Assembly: GCF_006345805.1 (NCBI RefSeq)
Contig: NW_021833347.1
Location: forward strand, 1 to 29,113
Direction of reading: 5' to 3'
Source: Octopus sinensis
Taxonomy: Eukaryota
Length of the DNA: 29,113 nucleotides
Shown here piece after piece: positions 9,554-21,304 of the stretch. Within the stretch, counting starts at the first letter, position 1. Each line of letters starts with the position of its first letter. The translations under genes and the position numbers were made by a program. The notes beneath the pieces were generated by a model. It was not told where the DNA came from. It saw only the letters and a list, made by a program, of their open reading frames with translations, and did not search any database.

Positions 9554-11395
9554 TAATAATAATATAATAATGATGATGATAATAATCCTTTCTGCTAGAG
9601 GCACAAGGCTTGAAATTTGGGGTAGTGGAGGGGATAGTCGATTGCATCGACCCCAGTACTCAACTGGTACTTAGTTTATCGACCCTGAAAGGACGAAAGG
9701 CAAAGTCGACCTCAGCGGAATTTGAACAAAATGTCGCTAAGCATTTAATCCGGCGTGTTAACGATTCTGGCAGCTTGTCGATTAATAATAATAACAATAA
9801 TAATGATTTCAAATTTTGGCACAAAGCCAGCAATTTCGGAGGCGGGGATAAGTCAGTAACATCAACTCCAGTGTTCAACTGGTGCTTATTTTATTGATCC
9901 CGAAAGGATGAAAAGCAAAATCGACCTCGGTAGAATTTGAACTCAGAACGACGGGCGAAATACCTATTTTTATTTCTTTACTACCCACAAGGGGCTAAAC
10001 ACAGAGAGGATAAACAAGGACAGACAAGCGGATTAAGTCGATTATATCGACCCCAGTGCGTAACTGGTACTTATTTGATCGACCCCGAAAGGACGAAAGG
10101 CAAAGCCGACCTCGGTGGAATTTGAACTCAGAACGTAGCGGCAGACGAAATACCTATTTCTTTACTACCCACAATGGGCTAGACACAGAGGGGACAAACA
10201 AGGACAGACAAACGGATTAAGTCGATTATATCGACCCCAGTGCGTAACTGGTACTTATTCAATTGACCCCGAAAGGATGAAAGGCAAAGTCGACCTCGGC
10301 GGAATTTGAACTCAGAACATAGCGGCAGACGAAACACCGCTAAGTATTTCGTCCAGCGTGTTAACAATTCTGCCAGCTTAATAATGAAATCTTGAAAGGG
10401 TTTCTATAAACAGGGGTCAATTCAGTTGTATGATTCGGGGCAGCATATATAGCACCCCCCCCCATCGTTTCTCTCCCGGATTATGTGACACATCAAATGC
10501 TGGCAGCATGAATAAAAATAGAAAGAAGAATGATTCTAAAAACAGTAACAGCGAGACACACACACGTACACAAGAACAACGACGACACCAACAACAACAA
10601 CAACAACAATAGCAGTATTTGCAGATAGGAGAATAACAAAGAGAACAAAAGACATGCCAAGATCAACAATATCTAAAGACGTCTGAACAACAACAATTAC
10701 AACATCAAACAGGAGTAAGTAAACAACTAATGCAACAACAGCCACAATAAGATGAAAAACAACAATAGTTTGTACTGAAGCAAAATATGAAAAAAAAAAA
10801 AAAAAAAAAAAGAAGAGCAAAGCCAACAAAACGTGAAGAAACATTGACGACGACACAGGCAGCCGAAGAGACTTAAGTAACAATAACATCGACAATAATG
10901 ACAATAACAACAATTACAACAGGAACATTAAGTAAGTAAAAAAAATAAAAAGAAGAAACGAACGAACGAACAAAAAAACTAGAAGCAATAGAAAACATGG
11001 AAAATATACAAGCACACGAACGAGACAGAAGCTACAAGGACGAGAGCATTAGTAATGTTAGTACCAACAAATAGTAATAGTGATGGTTAAAGTGGTGGTG
11101 GTGGTGGTGGTGGTGGTGGAGTGACAAACATCTTGATTATGTAATAGCATGTATATGTGTGTGTGTGTATGTGTGTATGTGTGTATGTGAGAAAGAGAGG
11201 GGGAGACGGGCGGGGGAGAAAAAATGTCAGACACACTCCAGTTATATGTGGAGGGTCGTTTGTCTGACTGTTTAGTCAATCAGCCTGCCTGTCCGTCTCT
11301 GTCTGTCTGTCTACATGTCTGTCTGTCTGTATATATGTGTGTGTCGCAACAATGTCAAATGTCTCTCGTGGAGCAGAATATTATATTACTACACG

Positions 11396-11436
<41 letters not shown>

Positions 11437-11502
11437 TATATAATATATATATATATTAATATATATATATATATATATATAATATAATATATATATATAT
11501 AT

Positions 11503-11715
11503 CGCCATGTTGATTCGTTAGCTACTGCACGCATTTTTTTTCTCTCTCCTTCTTTCTGTGTTTTTCTCTCTCTGTGTATCTTTCTGTTGAAGAGCGTAGG
11601 CTCGAAACGTTAAAGACTTGTTTTATTTATATTTCCTGAGCGCCATACTAATACAATTGTTCGTTTGTTTTCCACCTGCCTTCGTCTTTTGTTTTATTTT
11701 CATAAAGCTTCCCGG
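11503..11715 (+). mobile_element. Penelope-like element terminal remnant with hammerhead-like motif
   Basis: Contains TCTTT-CTGTTGAA-GAGC-GTAG-GCTC-GAAACGT-T-AAAGA. It is homologous to 17913-18103 (-) and flanked by (TA)n on both sides. Confidence 0.6.
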
Positions 11716-11755
11716 TATATATATATTATATATATACACATATACATACATACAT

Positions 11756-11795
<40 letters not shown>

Positions 11796-11977
11796 ATATA
11801 TATATATATATATATATATATCACACAGATACACAACCACACATACACAGACACACTCATGCACCCAAAGTTATATGTAGGCAGTTCACACCTTCTCTTT
11901 GGCGTACGTATGTGAGCGTGATATATGTGTGTGTGTGTGCACGCGTGCTTGGTGCATGTGTGTGTGTGTGTGTGTGG

Positions 11978-12027
<50 letters not shown>

Positions 12028-12384
12028 GAATTATTAGTGAGAGATTATAAAATACTTTACAAGCTCTCCGTTAGTACAGCAGGCTAACAGTACTTTTTAC
12101 ATTAGTAAAAAAACTCTGCGTATATTTGTAGGAGGGTCCGAGGTTATTGTTCATCACCATTCTATATTTGAAGTCCATGGTTTCTACACAGAGTGATATA
12201 CAAGACAAGGCAGCAATAATGGCCATTACATATTTTTCTTTATTATTGTAAATTTGACTTACAGTTGTTTCCAGTAGTCATTATGGGTTCGTTATTCATA
12301 AGGTTTACTTAATCGGCCCACTGAGCAGTTGAGCAAAATTGAACGACCTAGAAAAGGAATGCTACATTCGACAGAGTCATTTCT

Positions 12385-12510
12385 GGTTCGGCAAAAGAGA
12401 CCGATAGACTAAGTACTAGGCTTACAAAGAATAAGTCCTGGGGTCGATTTGCTCGACTAAAGGCGGTGCTCCAGCATGGCCACAGTCAAGTGACTGAAAC
12501 AAGTAAAAGA

Positions 12511-12520
<10 letters not shown>
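12385..12520 (+). mobile_element. SINE family C, 5'-truncated 3' part
   Basis: GGTTCGGCAAAAGAGACCGATAG...AAGGCGGTGCTCCAGCATGGCC...GACTGAAACAAGTAAAAGAG matches 13246-13383 and runs into (GA)n. Confidence 0.85.
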
Positions 12521-12559
<39 letters not shown>

Positions 12560-12676
12560 ATCTATCAGCTGAATGTCTTTTCAACACTTTTGATCTTGGT
12601 TTCACCTCTACAATTAATACACCTTCCCTCTTTACCCTACTTTTCATCTTTCCCATGTCTGTCCGAAGTATTACCT

Positions 12677-12892
12677 GGACGGTGGAATTGGTAGAATCGT
12701 TAAAGTATCAGATAATAGCGTGAGATATTTTCTGTTTCTTTACGTAATGGGTTCAAATCCATCCGAGGTCAACTTTTCGTTTTATATTTTTGGGGTCGAT
12801 AACATAAGTACCGTTGTAGTAATGGCGGTTAATTTCTATTGACTATACTCTCTATTTCAAATTTCTATCATTGTGCTTACGTTTGAAACAAT
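12677..12892 (+). mobile_element. SINE family A, old diverged copy
   Basis: GGTAGAATCGTT...GGGTTCAAATCC...GAGGTCAAC...GGGGTCGATAACATAAGTACC...TTTGAAAC. Confidence 0.65.
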
Positions 12893-12980
12893 ATTTTATG
12901 GTATTACAATTATGTTTGGGCGAGTTAGGGTGTTACCCGTGGAAAAGGAAGAAGGAAATATAAGAATAAATAAGAATAAA

Positions 12981-13383
12981 TGAGTGGCTCTGTGGTAAGT
13001 AGCTTGCTAACCAACCACATGGTTCCGAGTTCAGTCCCACTGCCTGGCATGTTGGGCAAGTGTCTTCTACTATAGCCCCGGGCCGACCAATGCCTTGTGA
13101 GTGGATTTGGTAGACGGAAACTGAAAGAAGCCTGTCGTATATATGTATATATATATGTATGTGTGTGTTGTGTGTCCGTGTTTGTCCCCCTAGCATTGCT
13201 TGACAAAACGATGCTGGTGTGTTTACGGTCCCCGTCACTTAGCGGTTCGGCAAAAGAGACCGATACAATAAGTACTGGCTTACAAAGAATAAGTCCCGGG
13301 TTGATTGCTCGACTAAAGGCGGTGCTCCAGCATGGCCGCAGTCAAATGACTGAAACAAGCAAAAGAGTTAAAGAGAGTAAAAG
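12981..13383 (+). mobile_element. SINE family C (tRNA-derived, internal TA/TG microsatellite), near full length
   Basis: A-box TGGCTCTGTGG, B-box GAGTTCAGTCCC, then TTGGGCAAGTGTCTTCTACTATAGC and a (GAGTAAAA)-type tail. Colinear with 23758-24212. Confidence 0.9.
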
Positions 13384-13892
13384 AAAAATGATGAAATAAG
13401 TATTGAAATGAGTTAGCAACAATAACAACAACAGCATCTGAAAAGTACGAAGAGAAAAGATAAATGACAAGAAAGGAAAAAAGAGGTAAGGATGTAACTG
13501 AGGGGGGAAACCCTGAGATATTCATATAAATGTAAGAATTAAAAGATGCGAGGTTGAAGATGTGCATGACCTAAACGGATATCAAACAACAGCGTGTAAG
13601 GAACAATTGTTATCTATGAGAACAAGAAACATTTGTCGAGAGAACAATTCCATAATCATGTGTCATTATTTTGTATAATAAATGTTGCTCATGGCAACAA
13701 TTACAAAAATGAAGATCCGACATCATAAATAACATTTTGAGACAAAAATGTGAAAGAAACTGACTGAAAAGGTTTGTAAGCTTTATGTCTCAAATCAGTG
13801 ATGCTAGTATTTAGAATGACAATAGCATTATTGATAGCTTATAATAGTGATATCTAATAACGCTTAATATCAATGGCCTATACCGTTTAATA

Positions 13893-14028
13893 ATGGTTTC
13901 AAATTTTGGCACAAGGCCAGCAAGTTCGAAGTAGTGGGTAAGTCAGTTACATCGACTCCAATGCTCAACTTATTGAACCCGAAAGGATGAAAAGTAAAAT
14001 CGATCTCGGCGGTATTTGAACATGAAAA
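13893..14028 (-). mobile_element. SINE family A, tail type II, head-truncated
   Basis: GGTTTCAAATTTTGGCACAAGGCCAGC...CCCGAAAGGATGAAAAG...CTCGGCGGTATTTGAAC. Confidence 0.8.
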
Positions 14029-14369
14029 TCTAAAAGTATACGTACTGACGTACACACACACACATACACACACCACACACACACACACGCACACACACAC
14101 ACACATACATACACACGCACACTCTCTCTCTTTCTCACACGCACACACACATACACCAACACCCATAAAGATAAACGCATATACACAAGTACAAAATTTA
14201 CACACGCACACGCAAACTCAAACACACATATATACACACAGAGACAGAACAACAGCACACACACACACAAGCACATAAATAAACAATCACACACTAACAC
14301 ACACATGTACACACACACATACAGACGCATACACCACACATACACTGAATTCACAAATAAATGGATGTA

Positions 14370-14545
14370 AGTATCGTCAGAGCAAAATTGCAATGAGACT
14401 TATGTCGGAGTACAAACTGTATAACATTCAACTGTTCGTGTTACACGTCCAGATATGTACTGACTCTATCGAGTCTATATTTTATGTGTAATATTTATTG
14501 ATTTAACAACATCCCCTGACGAAAGATTTCTGTCCGAAACGTCTT
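14370..14545 (+). mobile_element. Possible Penelope-like remnant (GIY-YIG-like fragment plus hammerhead-like core)
   Basis: Translation QNCNETYVGVQT resembles the C-x-E-T-Y-[IV]-G part of GIY-YIG. CTGACGA...GAAACGTC lies at 14516-14543. Confidence 0.35.
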
Positions 14546-14896
14546 AATACTTATTCCACTATTCTAACTCCGCTCGAAAACCTCTTTTTCGAAAAGGGAA
14601 CTATGATCCCTCTCTGATAGAGGCTTTTAAATTACAATAACCGTCTGATATTATTAAGCACACAATTATAATAATATATTCTACACGCTTTTGACCAATA
14701 ATTCCGAAAATAACAACCGTCTGATAACATTATCCGTAATTATAAAAAGACATTTTCTACAGTATTTATATGACTGATAGGTTGGTGACTTTACTGAACC
14801 AACCATGAAAATATTATGTGTCTTTAAATACAGCATAGTTAGATATAATAACAGGTCAGGTTTCACTATCAGAAATTAAGCACCTATATATATATC

Positions 14897-14944
<48 letters not shown>

Positions 14945-15151
14945 ATATGTGTTTGTTCATACTGGCAGTTACTATTAATGTTACTACTACTGTTGTTGCT
15001 GTTGTTTTTGTTGTTTGCGTAGATTTTGACAGTCACTGAATAGCGGGACATTAAACAGTGAATGTGTGCGTATGTGTGAGTGTGTGCAAGTGTATGAGGA
15101 TGTGTGTTGCTGTTGCTGCTGTGATTGACAGTGTGGGTGTGGGATGTGTTT

Positions 15152-15183
<32 letters not shown>

Positions 15184-16163
15184 TGTGTGTGTGTGTGGTG
15201 TGTGTGTTTGTGTATGTGTGGCGATGTTGTTGTTGTTGATGTTGTTCTAGGTCTTGTGCCCTGTTAGTACTTCATCATAAAAAAAAAAAATGTGTTGATG
15301 TTATCGTTGTGGAAAGTCACACTTCGGAACATACATGTACACATATAAATAAATGCATAGAAATTCATACATGCATACACACACACGCTGACAAAATATT
15401 ATGTATGTGTGTGTGTTTGTGTGTCTGTATGTGCGTGTGTTTGAGTGTGTGTATATGTGTGTGTGTAGACATATGTATAGACATAAATACATATACAAAC
15501 ATTTCGCTGTCTCTTTACATACATATATATACTTACATACACACTTACAGCTATGCATACATGTGTGTGTGGAGTTGATGTGGGATGTATGCATATATAT
15601 ATGTATATGTTTATATAAGTATGTATGTATATATAAATATATATATGTATATATATATATATATATGCTTGTGTATGTATTTGTGTGGATGCACAATATC
15701 AAAGATAAGAGAAAAAAGCCTTTAAATATTTTATGGATATACGAAAATATGATAGTAATTATATGCATATACGTCAGATAATGCGCATTGTCTGTGTATA
15801 TATATGTATATATATATGTGTGTGTAGGCGTGTGTTTGTGTGTGTGTGTGTATTGGTATACACACATATTCAAGCACATACACACCCATGGACACACACA
15901 TAGAGAGAGACACAAATAATTATATATATAGTAATCTATGTATAAACATACATGCGTTTCTATGTATATACATATATGCATCTCATATGTATATACAAAT
16001 AAGTTTATACACACACATTCATACATACAATATCTCTCCCCTCCTTCTCCCTCTATCTATCTGTCTGTCTATCTATCTATCAATCTATTTATCTATACAT
16101 AGATACATACGTGTATATGTGTGTCTGTGTGTGTATATATATATATTATATAAATACATATAT

Positions 16164-16198
<35 letters not shown>

Positions 16199-16518
16199 CA
16201 TATATGTGCATATATATATATATTCATGTATACTTATTATTTTCTAACATGACGGTGACAGTGACTTCGAAGTTCCGGACATCATTGGCCGAAACTTGGA
16301 ATCTACTGCAACTGTCCTAATAAATGTGTACTCTTCAAACGTATAGAACAACCATTCAGATTAATTTAAAACTGTTTTTAGTATAACTGAACAACAGACA
16401 TTACTAGTTTTATGTATATCTGTCTATCTTTGGCATACATACATACATACATACATACATACTACATACATACATACATACTACATACATACATACATAC
16501 ATATACACGTATGTGTAT

Positions 16519-16562
<44 letters not shown>

Positions 16563-16758
16563 AAATAAGCAACAAGAATGACTCCGGTAATTTGGTACAA
16601 TTGTTTCGCACTACATCATTTTATTATAAGTTGTAAGTATTACAACAGATTTAAGATGCTGAGTGCTCATCAGCCAATTATATAGCTGAACTTATATATA
16701 TATATATTATATATATATATATATACATATCTGCGTGTGTGTGTGTGTGTGTGTGTGT

Positions 16759-16900
16759 GTAAGAAGCTGGCTTCCCAATTACATGAGTTCAGTCCCACTG
16801 TGTGGCAGCTTGGGTAAGTGCATTCTCCTATACCCTCGGCCAGACTAAAGCCTTCTGAATGGACTTGGTAGACGGAAACTGAAAGAAATCCATCATATAA
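16759..16900 (+). mobile_element. SINE family C, 5' half, diverged
   Basis: GAGTTCAGTCCCACTG...TTGGGTAAGTG...TTGGTAGACGGAAACTGAAAGAA. Confidence 0.75.
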
Positions 16901-16992
16901 ATACGTTCGAGGAGGAAAAGCTTCTTTGAAGTGCTCAACGTGTGATTTACTCCTTCACAGAGTATATATTCAATAACAAGATGCTCATGTTT

Positions 16993-17379
16993 CCTTAAGC
17001 ACTCCGTCGGTTACGACGATGACGGTTCCGGTTGATCCGAATCAACGGAACAGCCTGCTCGTGAAATTAACGTGTAAGTGGCTGAGCACTCCACAGACAC
17101 GTGTACCCTTAACGTAGTTCTCGGGGATATTCAGCGTGACACAGAGAGTGACAAGGCCGGTCCTTTCAAATACAGGTACAACAGAAACAGGAAGTAAGAT
17201 TGAGAGAAAGTTGTGGTGAAAGAGTACAGCAGGGATCACCACCATCCCCTGCCGGAGCCTTGTGGAGCTTTTAAGTGTTTTCGCTCAATAAACACTCACA
17301 ATGCCCGGTCTGGGAATCGAAACCGCGATCCTATGACCGCGAGTCCGCTGCCCTAACCACTGGGCCATTGCGCCTCCAC
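16993..17379 (-). mobile_element. Full-length tRNA-derived SINE (family D, 387 bp) with 12-bp TSD
   Basis: The sense head is GTGGAGGCGCAATGGCCCAGTGGTTAGGGCAGCGG...GGTTTCGATTCCCAG (A and B boxes). An exact direct repeat ATGCTCATGTTT lies at 16981-16992 and 17380-17391. Confidence 0.92.
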
Positions 17380-17532
17380 ATGCTCATGTTTACTACAGGG
17401 ATCGCCATAACTAGTCATAAGTTATTTCCCCACCGACGTGTTCAACAAAATGTAAATCCGAACTATGAATTATTTTGGAGCTGTGACATTGTAGAGTAAG
17501 TAAACGGAACAATTAAGACTTTCGATACACGA

Positions 17533-17637
17533 TCCATCCACCCATCCATCCATCCATCCATCCATCCATCCATCCATCCATCCATCCATCCATCCATCCA
17601 TCCATCCATCCATCCTTCCATCCATCCCTCCATCCAT
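17533..17637. repeat. (ATCC)n microsatellite
   Basis: Read directly from the sequence. Confidence 0.95.
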
Positions 17638-17877
17638 CTAAAGACATGTATTGTGTCCTTTAAATAAATGATATTTTACTAGATGGAGTATATTTTTGTT
17701 CTATTTTCTAGCACAGAACAATACATTAGGTATATATATATACTCTGGGTATGGTAGAAGAGTTCAGCAAAAATTTTTATTCAGATGAATATGGTACTTA
17801 AGTTGAGGCACCAGAATTTATTACGGTATTATCCATACAATGTAAGCAGCAAGGATATCATTGTTGCTTATTTTGAT

Positions 17878-17912
<35 letters not shown>

Positions 17913-17913
<1 letters not shown>

Positions 17914-18101
17914 ACGGGAAGGTTACGAAAATAAACAAAAGACGAAGGCAGGTGGAGTACAAACAACCATTGTATTAGTATAGCGCTCAGAATAGAAATA
18001 GAAAAGTCTTTACGTTTCGAGCCTACGCTCTTCGACAGAAAGATACACAGAAAAAAACAGGAGAGAAACAAGGAGAAAAAAATTACGTGTAGGAGTTAAC
18101 G

Positions 18102-18103
<2 letters not shown>
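17913..18103 (-). mobile_element. Penelope-like element terminal remnant, second copy
   Basis: Reverse-complement homologue of 11503-11715, with CTGTCGAA-GAGC-GTAG-GCTC-GAAACGT. Flanked by (TA)n on both sides. Confidence 0.6.
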
Positions 18104-18168
<65 letters not shown>

Positions 18169-18186
18169 CTAGCTACATATATACAT

Positions 18187-18217
<31 letters not shown>

Positions 18218-18472
18218 AATACATATACCCACACACATACGCACACTTACATACTTAGATACATGCATGCATGCATACATACATATATACATACATACAG
18301 ACAGACACATACATACGCGCACATAGTACCTACATATACATAGATGCATCTCTACATATACACATACCTGCATACATACATACATACATATGTATACACA
18401 TGCATTTCATAGATACACAGACACGAATGTAAATATGTATATATGCACTCGTGTAAGTAAGTATATATCCTA

Positions 18473-18532
<60 letters not shown>

Positions 18533-18723
18533 GATCTATCTATCTACCTACCTATCTACCTGTATCTATCTATCTGTCTATCAATCAATATTTTGTCTCT
18601 CTGTCTGCTTAAGTATGTATATATGCATGTATGTTTGTATGTATGTATGTATGTATGTATGTATGTATGTATGTATGTATGTATGTATGTATGTATGCAT
18701 GTAAGTATATGTCTGCCTGTTTA

Positions 18724-18794
<71 letters not shown>

Positions 18795-19121
18795 CTATCT
18801 ATGAGTGTATGCGTGTGTATGTTTGTGTGCATAAGTATATACTCATTAGTGCGTGCGTGTGTGTGTGTGTATGTGTCTGAATATGTGTGTTTATGCTCTA
18901 TCTGTGTGTGTATGCTTGTATATGTGTGTATGCTTGTGTATGTATACTCGTGTGTGCGCGTGTGTCTGTGTGTGTGAATATACGCCCGTGTGTGTGTGTG
19001 TGTGTGTGTACGCTCGTGTGTGTGTATCAGGATATTAGTGAACGTAACATCGCATTGTATTTTGCCTACATTTCTGCAATCACCAGGAAACATAGTTACT
19101 AGCTATTAAATATATCACTAT

Positions 19122-19154
<33 letters not shown>

Positions 19155-19376
19155 ACCACATACACACACGCACACACACATCTATGTATATATGCGCACG
19201 TATTTTTAGTACCATTTGTTCTTAGAGTATCACATAACTTCACAAGATCAAAGACAACTTTTTGCTTTTTTTTATTATAATTCATATAGTTAATTTTATG
19301 GTATCATGTAGTGTAATGATACACACATAGACATATAAACCATTAAGCCTATATATATAGATATATATATATATAT

Positions 19377-19420
<44 letters not shown>

Positions 19421-19786
19421 TTAGTGTACCTATATATATACACGCATATATATATACATAAACACATCCATGCATATATATTTTATATATATACACACAT
19501 ATGCATCTATAGATAATGAATATAATATATATCTATATATATATATTATTATATATTAATATATAATATATACATAAATATATATACACATTATACATAG
19601 ATATATGCACACACATATACATATATGCATATGCATACATAGACAAGCACACGCATATATGCTTGTGTTTGAGATAAAACGCGTGAGTGTGTGAGGGTGT
19701 GGGTGATATGTACATACCTGAGTCTGTAATGATATATATATAGACAAATAAAAACAACGACATAATACTAATAAATAATAGTATTA

Positions 19787-19871
19787 TCATTCTTCTTCTT
19801 CTTCTTCTTCTTTCTTCTCTTCCTTCTTCCTTCTTCTTCTTCTTCTTCTTCTTCTTCCTTCTTCTTCTCTC

Positions 19872-19916
<45 letters not shown>

Positions 19917-19945
19917 GTAGTAGTAGTAGTAGTTAGTAGTAGTAT
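19787..19945. repeat. Compound (TTC)n(TTA)n(TAG)n microsatellite
   Basis: Read directly from the sequence. Confidence 0.95.
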
Positions 19946-20316
19946 GTAGGATGATAATTATATAAATAATTTAGTATATATAAATTATTTGTTATGCTTA
20001 AGATTCCCAAAGAAATTGTTGCATCTTCTGCTTCTGTCAATTAAAAAAAATCTAATGACTCTCATCCTTAAATTAATTTTCAGAAAATCTAACGCATCCC
20101 TTTTTTGTAATTAAAGAAAAGAAAAGCCATCTAATTATTTTTTTTTGTTTTTGTTTTTTTTTGGAAAAATACTTGTTCAACTGAATGAATCGTGGTTATG
20201 CCACAAGTCACATGGTACAACCGACTCAATAACACAGAACTCGTTAGATGCGACATACAATGGTATTTTAACTTCCTGGGTTAAGTCTGTATAATAATAG
20301 TTCCATACCATAAGCT

Positions 20317-20450
20317 ACATGTGGCACAATCGTTAAGCACTCCAAACAAAGTGCTAAGCGGCGTTTCGTTCATCTTTACGTTCTGAGTTCAAACTCCACC
20401 GAGGTCGATGAAATAAATACCAGTTATGTATTAGAGGTCACTATAATAGG
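20317..20450 (+). mobile_element. SINE family A, degenerate with internal deletion
   Basis: TGGCACAATCGTTAAGCAC...CTAAGCGGCGTTTCG...TTCTGAGTTCAAACTCCACCGAGGTCGA...ATACCAGTT. Confidence 0.7.
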
Positions 20451-20462
20451 CCCTTTAGGAAA

Positions 20463-20965
20463 TGATTATTGTTATTATTATCATTATTTCTTTTTATCAC
20501 AGGTTTTGTTGGAACTCCTGGAGTCTTGCATGCATAACAGGCTTGTGTACCATGCTAACCGTTTTTTTTCTTTCTTCAGCTAATGTTTTTCTGGTTATTC
20601 TGGCCTTGCCAAGGTGGCAAACCTTTTGTAACAGTTCTACTGGGCACTTTGTTCTAATTTCCTTTATATTCCTCTTGATGCCTTCTGATACTGAACCCAA
20701 GGACCCAACAATAATTGGCACTATCTTCACCTTCTTCATTTTCCATAGCCTAGGTATTTTGTACTTAAAAAGGTTGTATTTATCTATTTTTTCGCCTTCC
20801 TTCTTGACTATTCGTGGGTCAAAGGGGCATGCAACGACAACTATATAGCAGTGTGGTGCACCTTGTCCCCCACCACTAGGTGCGGTCCGTTATGCTCTAG
20901 CACCTGATCTGTTTGGAATTTTCTTGTCTCCGACCCTACCACTCTCTGCGGTTTGTGCTCATACG

Positions 20966-20966
<1 letters not shown>
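20463..20966 (-). mobile_element. R4/Dong-like LINE 3' fragment encoding the restriction-like endonuclease region
   Basis: The minus strand, with frameshifts, reads YEHKPQRVV..QTDQVLEHNGPHLVV..CYIVVVACPFDPRIVKKEGEKIDKY..PRLWKMKKVKIVPIIVGSLG..LLQKVCHLGKARITRK (degenerate PD..D..K region). TAA-type repeats lie at both ends. Confidence 0.85.
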
Positions 20967-21037
<71 letters not shown>

Positions 21038-21126
21038 TTTATTTTATTATATTATTATGTTATTTTTATTATTATTATTATTATTATTATTTTATTATTA
21101 TTATTATATTATGTATTATTATCATT

Positions 21127-21254
21127 GAGTGAGAGAGCAGTTCATGCCATCAAAGTGACACTGGGTAAAATATACGAAGCCCAATATACCCATCATGACT
21201 ACACGTCTGATAAAGGTACACCAGGCATATGCATCACAACCATATGTGCGCGAC
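21127..21254 (-). mobile_element. Retroposon 'B', short 5'-truncated copy
   Basis: Reverse complement of about 7343-7472, with (ATT)n arrays on both sides. Confidence 0.85.
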
Positions 21255-21303
<49 letters not shown>

Positions 21304-21304
21304 G

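Larger units (their letters stand above)
8205..10608. repeat. Near-identical tandem duplication, period 1186-1187 bp
   Basis: CCTTTCTGCTAGAGG occurs at 8401 and 9587. ORF-track pairs 8424/9610 and 8751/9937 share the same offset. The units are bounded by (CAA)n tracts near 8205, 9403 and 10590. Confidence 0.95.

Noticed and set aside
8401-10380. CRISPR-like or retrozyme interpretation of the regularly repeated SINE cores
   Set aside because: The repeats are long SINE monomers without unique spacers, and I found no CUGANGA/GAAA hammerhead core in them on either strand.
12263-12347. Minus-strand exon-like segment with acceptor CCTTTTCTAG and perfect donor GTAAGT
   Set aside because: All three frames contain a stop, so it is not an internal coding exon. 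A non-coding exon cannot be supported without RNA data.
16248-16352. Open stretch DGDSDFEVPDIIGRNLESTATVLINVYSSN, also containing GCCGAAAC
   Set aside because: Poor polypyrimidine tract and weak donors, and no CUGANGA for a hammerhead.
17300-17379. tRNA gene call for the SINE D head (and for other A/B-box heads)
   Set aside because: No complete acceptor stem; it continues into a SINE body bounded by a TSD.
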